A stretch of DNA of 64,000 bases. Source: Paragordius varius (lineage: Eukaryota > Animalia > Nematomorpha). The notes under the pieces are model-generated. The model was not told where the DNA came from. It saw nothing but the letters and a program-made list of their open reading frames with translations, and did not search any database. The stretch covers positions 10,664,001 to 10,728,000 of the forward strand of contig OZ176053.1 in the NCBI GenBank assembly GCA_964247055.1. The letters run 5' to 3'. Of the stretch, positions 14,401 to 23,976 are shown one piece after another (within the stretch, counting starts at the first letter, position 1; the number at the start of each line of letters is the position of its first letter). Both the position numbers and the translations under genes were made by a program.

Positions 14401-16938
14401 ATAAGTGTGGGGGAAGGGCGTCGGAAATCTTTAGTAAAAAATCGAAATCTTAAAATATTGTTATAGGGGAATGGTAATATTTTTGTTAATCTTTTAGTCA
14501 ATTTTATATGTTGATTTTTTTTAAAAATTTATTTCGCACTACACATATGAAAGAGGATTGACGTGAGAATTAACATAATTTTGATGAATATTTTGTATGT
14601 TAAATTTTAAGAGTATTACAGCAATTTATATTTGAAATATTGTTGTTACGTATTTAGATGCGGAATTTTGTGGGTTTTTATCTTTAATAATTTAATAAAT
14701 AGTAAAATAGGTATTTTTATATTATTTAGGATTCAAAATTAAATTTAATAATTACTATTTTTCAACATGATAAATACCTGTATTAAATTGGTATTATTAT
14801 TTTAAATAGTTGTTATTAGTAATTAAAATACAGGTTATATATTTGTGAAAATTTAATTAGATAATAGATTGGTTTTGTTTTTATGTTTTTCATGGTTAAT
14901 TTTTATGTGTTTACATTTTAATCAGGTAAAAATTGCGGTTTTTAAATTTAGTCAAATATAATTTTTTTGTTTTTTATTTATAACATTGTTAATTGTAATT
15001 AATTACTACATATTTTAAACATTTTAATAAATACAGGTGAAAATTGTGGTTTTTAATAAATTTAGTTAAATTGACTTTTTTTGTTTTTTAGGATTTGCAT
15101 TGTTAATTGTAATTAATTACTACATATTTGGAAATTTTAAAAAATACAGGTGAAAATGGCAGTTTTTAAAATTTAACATTTTTTGTATCATTGTTATTTG
15201 TTATTAATTAATAAATATTTTGGACTTTTAAAAAACAGGTAAAAATTGCGGTTCTTAATAAATTAGTAAAATTTTTAATTTTTTGTTCAACCTCGCTAAT
15301 TTATTAATTACCATATATTTTTGATACATTGATATATACAGGTAAAAATTACTATCATTTGAATAAATTAGCAAGGTTGAACAAAACATTAAAAATTTAT
15401 TAATTTTATTAAAAACCGCAATTTTCACCTGTTTTTTAAATGTCAAAAATATTTGAAAATTAATAACAAATAACAATGATACAAAAAAATTAAATTTGCA
15501 ATTTGTTAAAAACCGCCATTTTTACCTGTATTTTTTAAAATTTCCAAATACGTAGTAATTAATTACAATTAACAATGAAAAAAATTTGAAATTTGTTAAA
15601 AACCGCAATTTTACCTGTATTTTTAAAATTTCCAATATGTAGTAATTTCCAATTAACAATGCAAATCCTAAAAAACAAAAAAATTCAATTTAACTAAATA
15701 AAAACCACAATTTTCACCTGTATTTATTAAAATGTTTAAAATATGTAGTAATTAATTACAATTAACAATGTTATAAATAAAAAACAAAAAAATTAAATTT
15801 GACTAAATTTAAAAACCGCAATTTTTACCTGATTAAAATGTAAACACATAAAAATTAACCATGAAAAACATAAAAACAAAACCAATCTATTATCTAATTA
15901 AATTTTCACAAATATATAACCTGTATTTTAATTACTAATAACAACTATTTAAAATAATAATACCAATTTAATACAGGTATTTATCATGTTGAAAAATAGT
16001 AATTATTGAATTTAATTTTGAATCCTAAATAATATAAAAATACCTATTTTACTATTTATTAAATTATTAAAGATAAAAACCCACAAAATTCCGCATCTAA
16101 ATACGTAACAACAATATTTCAAATATAAATTGCTGTAATACTCTTAAAATTTAACATACAAAATATTCATCAAATTAATTATGTTAATTCTCACGTCAAT
16201 CCTCTTTCATATGTGTAGTGCGAAATTAATTTTTAAAAAAAATCAACATATAAAATTTACTAAAAGATTAACAAAAATATTACCATTCCCCTATAACAAT
16301 ATTTTAAGATTTTGATTTTTTACTAAAGATTTCCGACGCCCTTCCCCCACACTTATTTTACTTTTTTATAGAATATGATATGGATACCATATTGCTCTTG
16401 TTTTTATATTCTTTACCAAATATTAATACCCAATTAACGAAAAAAAGTAAATCTTTAACACAATAAAGTCTACATGACTGTAAGACAGACTTTAAAATTC
16501 TAGATAAAATTTGAAAAAGAATATTTATCGTTAAAAATTTCTTAGGGGCAAAAACGGTTTTTCATATGTATTTATAAAACAATTATTTAATAGATTGGAT
16601 CTAGATATGTTGGAAAATCCACGGATATCCCAAATGTTTCAAGATTTTTTCAGAGCGGCATTGCCATCACATTGTACGTGTTTAAACATAGCCATTATTG
16701 CTATTTTACATATTTTTATATTTTTTTTACAAAAATTCATAATTGATCTTTTAAAACTAATAATTTATCAGTCAAAAAATAATTTTAATATTGCTCTATT
16801 TTTTTAATTTCTATAGTGCTTAATGACCTTAACTCTTACAAAAACATGAAATTGGAACAAGATCGATTGGAAAAGCACCTTAAAGCAGTGACAATGGAAT
16901 ATGCCATACTTAAATCACTTTATAATAGTTTGATATAA
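5474..16938 (+). CDS. MLLT10: AF10/AF17 (MLLT10/MLLT6) family PHD-Zn-knuckle-PHD (PZP) chromatin reader with a C-terminal leucine-zipper-like coiled coil, about 18 exons
   Basis: Exon 1 (5474-5582) reads MKEMIGGCCVCSDEQGWADNPLVYCDG, near-identical to the AF10 N-terminus. Exons 7175-7254, 7281-7335, 7382-7491, 8707-8819 and 8887-8989 give WFCKKC, WAHVICALYIPEVEFGNVKTMEPI and GACMACHKHECPNSFHVTC. Ser/Thr/Lys-rich exons follow from 10094 to 14052. Final exons 16594-16670 and 16817-16938 encode a heptad coiled coil. The middle exon boundaries are less certain. Confidence 0.9.
9055..9520. repeat. GC-enriched repeat-derived segment in AF10 intron 6
   Basis: Internal near-repeats GGGGGACTATTTGAAAAAAGGGAC (about 9105) and GGGGGCCTATTTCAAAAAAAGGGC (about 9474). 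A similar GGGGGCCTAAATT lies at about 29725, near a CAGTGGCG-type end at about 29824 (-). Confidence 0.35.
14277..16480. mobile_element. Non-autonomous Tc1/mariner-type foldback element (2.2-kb palindrome) in an AF10 intron
   Basis: TA|CAGTCATGTAGAC...GTCTACATGACTG|TA termini with a TA target duplication. Arms about 14277-15305 and 15362-16480 are near-identical reverse complements around a spacer of about 57 nt. The arms carry roughly 100-nt subrepeats (CAGGTAAAAATTGCGGTTTTTA). Confidence 0.9.
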
Positions 16939-17134
16939 TGAAATAATATTAGAATATATTTATTTTTTGATACAACAATATATGGGAGAGACAAAAATTA
17001 TGATATAACATTATATACATTTCGTACTTATAGAATAGACCATTTAGAAATAAATAAATAAAATTATATGTCTACATAACCAGAGATTAATTGGATGTAA
17101 TATCAACAATACACCCACTGTTTTTTTCATAAAA

Positions 17135-18943
17135 CTATGTACTCAAAAATTGTTTATAAAATATGGTGAGTGTAAAATTCAAATTGAGTATGATTAAAAA
17201 AAGAGTTATCCATGCATAATTTGATGACCAAAAATTATTATTGTTTTTGTATACTGCCCTTTCGTATTTTCCATCCCCTGCCATGGGTTGAACAAAGCTC
17301 ATTTGACAAAATAAGCTAGATAATATTTTGTTGAAATTCATCATAGATTTCAACCAAACACCAAATCTATGATACCAAGCATTTTGTGTGTAATGACCAC
17401 TTTTTACCACTGCCGTGCTACTGTGTGATGGTGACTCTGCCCTTTTTGAACCGCATGTTTCGGAGAATATATTGGAATGTGAATTAAAACAGGGGGATTC
17501 TGGCATTTTGCTGCTTGTAGTAAACTTTTTCTTATCCGTATGCTTTGATGTTGCTGTTTTCTTATGTTCCAATTTTGGCAACCTGAAAGATTTATAAGTG
17601 CCTAGATTCAACCATTTTTTTACGGATTTAAAAATTGCATTTGAAGCTTTGGTCATGTATTCCGATATTGGAAAACAAATTATACATGATGCTGTGGAAT
17701 GGAGATTTTTGTAAAACCATCTAAGTGGAGAATATTCATGTACCCAATGTTTCCTTCTCCTGCGACTGTTTGAATGTACCTCTAGCGATGATATTTTTGT
17801 CTTTATCCATTGCATTGAACCACCTTTTTTGCCAGCATGTGAAGAGTGTGTGGGAGTTGATATTAGTTTTATTTTGTTTAACTTTTTATGTTTTAAAGCA
17901 TGGAATTTACATTTTACATGTATTATCCAATCTTTTATCTTATCTTTAAAGTTATTCCAAATGGGGTACCCTTTAAATGCTTGAGTTGTGGGTTTGTAAA
18001 AAAATGTTTTTTTCTTTTTACCCTTTGTCGCTTTCTTTTTGGGAGGCGATAAATTTAATCTTTTTTTAGGCTTCTCTGCTTTAACCCACTCCCTTTTTCT
18101 AAAGTTAGCGTATTTTTTCTTGGTCCATGCTCCTACTTCCATAAATCCTTTGATTGTACCCAATAATGATTTCCTTAAAGGCTGGATAAAAACATTTTTT
18201 ATGGTGTTTGGAATGCATTGCAACGCTTGATACTGAGAGAAGTATTGTTTGACCCATGCTTGTCTCCATCTTTTCCAATCAATCATTATTCCACGACAAT
18301 GTTGATGTCTGAAGGGCCATTGATTCGGAATCTTAACACATAACAAATAATCCGTATCCGGTTTGAGTTGTATAACGCTTTCGCTAGAAAACGGGTACTC
18401 TAAAACATTCACAAACTCATTTTCGAAATCGTGATGTTCATGGTGGTATTTTATGTCAGGCTCGTAATAATACGATTTTCTATGAAGTGATAAAAACCAA
18501 GCCTTAAAATCATCCAAAATTCTTTCGTCATTGCGTTCGTGTGCGTGCATAAAATCTCTCTCTCGCAAAAGGTATTCGTAATAACTGGGTTGTCGTTTTT
18601 GAAACACATAATATTTCAAATTGGACATATCTATGGTACGTAACATTTGGATGGGCCAATTAATGTAAACTTTAAAATAATTTTTGTCCTCTTCTAAAAC
18701 GCATCTTACGGGTTTAAAATGGTTGTGAAACCCATAGGTTACAGTTCCGTCATAGGAGTTTTCAATCTCATGCAAATCCAATTGGATTGAATCTTTACAT
18801 GAAATAGGTACCATACTAATCGGTTTAAAATAATTCCGTACATTGAGGTGTTTTAAAGGAGAATTACAGTGAATAAACTGTAAAACAAGGCTGAAAACTA
18901 CAAATATTAGGTGGAATTTATTATAGTAAAGGAACCAGGGCAT
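17135..18943 (-). CDS. Orphan intronless 602-aa predicted membrane-anchored protein: signal peptide, FN3-like segment, basic Lys/His/Trp-rich stalk, C-terminal hydrophobic anchor
   Basis: An 1809-nt ORF in about 75% AT DNA. N-terminal hydrophobic stretch FHLIFVVFSLVLQFIHC. FN3-like signatures VYINW...YYVFQ...QLKPDTDYLLCV. C-terminal YAWITLFLIILNLNFTLTIFY. Confidence 0.8.
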   Translation of the reverse strand: MPWFLYYNKFHLIFVVFSLVLQFIHCNSPLKHLNVRNYFKPISMVPISCKDSIQLDLHEIENSYDGTVTYGFHNHFKPVRCVLEEDKNYFKVYINWPIQMLRTIDMSNLKYYVFQKRQPSYYEYLLRERDFMHAHERNDERILDDFKAWFLSLHRKSYYYEPDIKYHHEHHDFENEFVNVLEYPFSSESVIQLKPDTDYLLCVKIPNQWPFRHQHCRGIMIDWKRWRQAWVKQYFSQYQALQCIPNTIKNVFIQPLRKSLLGTIKGFMEVGAWTKKKYANFRKREWVKAEKPKKRLNLSPPKKKATKGKKKKTFFYKPTTQAFKGYPIWNNFKDKIKDWIIHVKCKFHALKHKKLNKIKLISTPTHSSHAGKKGGSMQWIKTKISSLEVHSNSRRRRKHWVHEYSPLRWFYKNLHSTASCIICFPISEYMTKASNAIFKSVKKWLNLGTYKSFRLPKLEHKKTATSKHTDKKKFTTSSKMPESPCFNSHSNIFSETCGSKRAESPSHSSTAVVKSGHYTQNAWYHRFGVWLKSMMNFNKILSSLFCQMSFVQPMAGDGKYERAVYKNNNNFWSSNYAWITLFLIILNLNFTLTIFYKQFLST

Positions 18944-19076
18944 GTCGCTTATTTCATAATTGTATCATGATTTGAATCATATTTACATTGCCAAATTCAA
19001 AAACATTATTTATATTTTATTAATCGATTGTTGCACAAGTAAAACTAACAAGCGTGCAGTTTTTACAAATTATATA

Positions 19077-20670
19077 CTACGGCGTTTTCCTAATTCGTAG
19101 TATTATAAGCATTTTGTGGAAAAAGGCTGAGTAAATGTTTGCATCGAAATACAATGGAATTATGGATGCGTACATAAAATACATGAAATCGAATGCAATC
19201 AATACGTTTAAAAAGACACGGAATCTAAATCGTTCTATTGAGGGAGGCATTTGCCGGTAATGGCTCCCTACCGCCATGAAAAGAATGTCGGGTATTATAC
19301 CAATGCAATAATATATAACTAAAACCGAATTGGCTTGATAACTCTTTTCATATTTGGACAATGATGAAGTATACTGTACGCGCCTGGTAGATTTTGAGGG
19401 CGTTGTGGTAATAAATAAACGATTGTTACTACGCACGGTTGGGCTACACTGTTTTTCTCTGCGTTTCATGATTTGAATAGATTTACCGCCAAAACTTAGC
19501 AGGCACATTGTTGGGATGATGAGTGAAATTATCATGATTGTGTTAAAATAAAATAGACTAGAATTACCTCTAGGTGTGTAATAAAACCATTTTTTGTCAT
19601 CGAGAATACATTGTTGTATCCGTCTCTCATGATTGAAAACGCCATAAAAGGTAAAAGTTATCCAAAAAATGATAAATGGTATTGCATTAACATATTTGTT
19701 TTGCTTGATTTTCAGGTATTTTATGGGATATACTAAGGCCATATACCTATAATTTGTCATACAATATCATTTGAGTTTATAAAATTATTATTATTCATCG
19801 GTGTTAAGATGCAAACAATTATGCTTACAAATGTTTTTTATAGTTACATATAAATAGTAATTTGTACGGTTTTTTAAACATCAAAATTAAAATAGATTTG
19901 ATGTTTATTAACCGGGATGGTATTAAATATTTGCTAAAATATTAGCTGGTATCAGCGGTTGTGGACTATTAAAATCCTAACGGAGACCCGAAAAATTTCT
20001 GATTTAATATTATAAACATTAATCCGTTCTCAAACAAAATAAAAGTTTGACGTTTTTCTGATAGTTCCTAAAAAAATTACTGAAAAATTTAAACGTTTTG
20101 TATAACCGAATTTATGAAACAAAATAAAATATTTCATACGCTTAATAATTTATATAAAAATCCCTAAAACAATATTACCTACCTATTTATCATGAGGAAA
20201 GCGAAACAATAATGTGATGTAACGTACACCGTTTTAGCGATCATATCGTTGATAATGTCGATTAGTATGGAAATGTGCGTGGAATTAACAATAAAATCAT
20301 AATAGAATGGAAAACTATTTTGTACCCGTGCCATTATACATATGACAGTGATAATGTTTAGTATTGATATATAGGTCCAAAGGACATACGTAAAATTATG
20401 CCACATATCTCTTATATTAGTTTGCAGGATAACTAGGAGAGCTGTATTCAGGCATAAAGCTATAACACACAATAAACTGATTACGACGAATAGGTAAAAA
20501 AAGAAGGTGGAATTAACTTCAGCCGGGGGACATTCGTAAACCTTTGTGGCAGCTAACAAGGGGAGCAACATATCCGTCAAATTTTTAACGTTGCCTTTAG
20601 GCTTGTACGTTATGTTATTACTAATGTTATTAAAAAGCAAATTTTTATTCAAATCATCAATTAATGTCAT
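19077..20670 (-). CDS. Divergent class-A-like 7TM receptor, paralog 1 (exons 20670-20183 and 19746-19077)
   Basis: Seven hydrophobic segments across two exons. A phase-2 intron splits the Arg of INR|YMALVYP (DRY equivalent). TM1 LCLN, TM6 IGIIPD, TM7 IIPLY. Confidence 0.85.
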
Positions 20671-22212
20671 TTTGATAAAGGAAGTGAGGTATACTTTTAT
20701 AAAAAATATATCTGATCTACGGATTTTATTGGCACAAGTTCAATACTATTAATCAAATAATCAATATCTTTAGTCCAAAAAAATTAATTAAGGTTGGGGC
20801 TGATAAATTCCTCATATAACGATATGCCAAATAAATTACTAAACCTACAGATTAATTAGTAAATAAGGTGTCATGAGTATTATTTTTGGTATATTTCCTA
20901 TTTATACAACCTCGTTTTGAAATTACACAGCAAATTTATTAACCGGCTTATTTCTTTTAATGGTTTGTATTTAACCAATGTCTCACCCCATTTATTAAGA
21001 AATTTAAGCGCAGAAAACTCTTCGCACAAAATTGTGTGGTTGCTTAGCATACGCAGCTTCTCATACAATTTTATAAACAAATTTATTTCAGCAATTCATC
21101 ACAATTAAATTTTATTAATTTATATATAATCAATTTAGGTTCTATCGATTTTACTTTTATATTTAATATATTTATAAAATAATTTTTATTTTTTAAACCG
21201 AGTAACCCTTTTGTAATATGGACTTTACATATTTCGCTTTAAATGGGCACATTTTTTTGTTTCATATAAACAGCTTTTTTTGATAAAAGCAGACTTCAAA
21301 TACCAAACAGCTGATTTAAATAAAACAATCTAAAATCCACTATCGTTTTTTATATTTCCTAATTAGCAATATGACAAAAAAGCGAAAAAGTTTGTAAAAA
21401 CTTGACAAAAGTGGTCTTTGAGATTTTACATATTCTATAAAATAATTTTTGATGTGAAATTCATAGAGCGTATGAGAGGCAAAACCCATTTTTCTGTCCA
21501 AATTGCTAAATAACCCAAATTTTAGCCTTATTATCAAAATACACAATATTTTAACACAAAAAATGAAATAAAGGCGCCGATAAAGTTTATTAAACTTTTC
21601 TCAAAATAAAATTTATAAAAATTAATTTTAATTATTTTTATTAAAATAGGAGCAATTTGTTATAGAACTCCAGCTTTAATAGTTTTTAAATGATACATCT
21701 ATATGGCCCGGGGAATTCATTTACCCCACATTGGTTTGAAATATTCAACTAATTCCTCTGGGGTAGAAAGTCAGGCGACGTATTTAAAATGACTAACATA
21801 AATTGCTAAAGTCCCGATCAATCTTGAAAAATCTAAAATATTTGTTTATGGAAACTAAATGCATATAGATTAAATTTGTTTTAATCCTTTTGATATTAGT
21901 TAATATTAGATAATCAACCAAAATTTAATTTTAAAAACTTAGTTGATTTTTACTATCGACTAAGCGGATCAACATTGTCACTTACAAAATTAGAAACGAT
22001 TTTAAAGCAATTCAGAAATATATTTTTTCGAATAACGGGAGAATCATTATTATTTTTTTGCTTCATTTTCGTCAAATGGAAGCAAAATTATAAATGATAC
22101 CGGTATCCATACTGGATAATGATAAAACAGGTTTTTGTGCCCCATTTTTTTATGGTAAAGTAATTTTCGGTTTCCTTTTTTTAATTTTCAATTATTATAA
22201 CATCGTGTCCAA

Positions 22213-22460
22213 AAAATTATCCTGAAATATATATATTTTTATATATATATATATATATAATGATAGGAAAATAAATCAGGATTATCATGGACCTTTTGGT
22301 TTTGCCTTTAACAAGTGTTTTAAATTTATTTTTACTTTTGTGGTAACTGCTCCATATCAAAAAATGACAAAATAGCACATTTTAAAAATCTTTGGTGAAA
22401 AAATGCTTCATTCCAAAAAATATCACTAATTTATATCATAAACGTATATAAAAAGTAAAA

Positions 22461-22495
<35 letters not shown>

Positions 22496-23385
22496 GTATA
22501 TATTAGATGCTCCGAAAGTCCCACATTTTTTGCCCTTCTAAAATGGCCTATCTCTTAAAATAAACACAAAAATGCCAAGATTGCGCAATAAACTTTAAAA
22601 TTAATGTTAAATTTTGATTTCAAAAAATTTTTTTCCGAAAAATGAATAATTTGATTAATTTACAGCAAAATTTTGTGAAAGTGTACTTTAATCTATTTTG
22701 AGACATGGCGGAAACGGTATAAAAGCGCTTTAAGATATTATAAAAACACTTTTTTTGATATAATTGGTGATGCTGAATATTTCCATTACCTCATTTTGAT
22801 TTAACTTTCCTATTCTAAAATTTATCTTTAATTAAATTATAATTTTAAAAAGTCACCTATTTCAAAGCAAACATTATATAAAAAATTTTTTATATCTTAG
22901 GGTTTTTTATACCGTTTTCATCATGCCTCAAAATAGTATGAACTACGCATCTACAAAATTTTGCTATAAATTAAATTTTTAAGCAAAATATCCATTTTTT
23001 TGAAAAAATTTTTTTTATGTCAAAATTTATCATACATTTAAAGTTTTAGTGCGTTTGCATTTCTTTTAAGAGAACTAGGCCATTTTAGGAGAGAAAAAAT
23101 TGGGACTTTCGGAGCATCTAAAAATAGAATGTTATACAAAATTGTTTTGTTTTTTATATGTTTTGATATATTTTAGTGAAATTTTCTGGTTTTTAAATTG
23201 TAGCTTTCACCAAAAATTCTATTTAACATAATGTAGAATTTTGCCATTTTTTGATGTGGAGTAGTTACTATGAAAAGTGTAAACAGCTCAGCTTTCTTAA
23301 ATCACTTGTAAAGGCCAAAACCAAAAGCACCATGATAATCCTGATACATTCTCAACAGAATATATATATTTTATCAGGATATTTA
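22213..23385. mobile_element. Diverged foldback/long inverted-repeat element (about 1.17 kb) with (TA)n tracts
   Basis: TAGATGCTCCGAAAGTCCC (about 22504) pairs with GGGACTTTCGGAGCATCTA (about 23102-23120). ATTATCATGG (about 22281) pairs with CCATGATAAT (about 23330). The centre is near 22810. A related fragment lies at about 43100. Confidence 0.7.
22463..22491. repeat. (TA)n microsatellite (others at about 22225-22260, 54655-54684 and 55663-55686)
   Basis: Direct reading of dinucleotide runs. Confidence 0.9.
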
Positions 23386-23976
23386 TAACGCCTTCGGATG
23401 CCGTGTAATTTTTTGAGGATGTGCCGAGAAGACACTTGCATAGTTTCTTTTATCTGATAAAAAAACCAAACTCTTTTGTATCCAATTAAAAAAACCACAA
23501 GGAATCTCTTATAAAAGTTAAGAATTTGATCTTTCCTCTTATTTCGCCACCCAAACTTAAATTAAAATTTGTATATAAATTGAATGGTATAAACCGTTTT
23601 TGGTTCCGAAACAGTTTTAAAAAATTATGGCAATGGCTTTACGAAAGCGGTTCCGATTACAATTCTTGTTTCTCACATATAGATGCACCCTGATTGAATT
23701 TTTAAATATATATTTTATATTTTTAAGAGTACTACTGAAAATGAGTTTTAATTTTTATTGTTTTGCAATTTATCTAATCATCCAATATTATTAAAAAAGG
23801 TGTTAATACATTAAGTGTTCTGTCCTATATTTAAACCTAAAGCAAAAATTTTAAAAATTAAAATATTTATGTATAATTTATATATCAATAATATGATATC
23901 ATAGAAATCATGTTTACACAATAACTCCAATATATAATTAGGTTAAGTGAGAGGTCTGCTAAATCTTTGTCTCATA

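Noticed and set aside
16317-16334. TTTTACTAAAGATTTCCG resembles the U5 snRNA loop 1 region
   Set aside because: The invariant GCC of loop 1 is absent, there is no supporting stem or Sm site, and it lies within a foldback transposon arm.
17415-18230. Plus-strand ORFs at 17415, 17725 and 18039 (similarly 20546, 24266, 26669, 34719 and 39982)
   Set aside because: These are antisense shadows of the long minus-strand genes.
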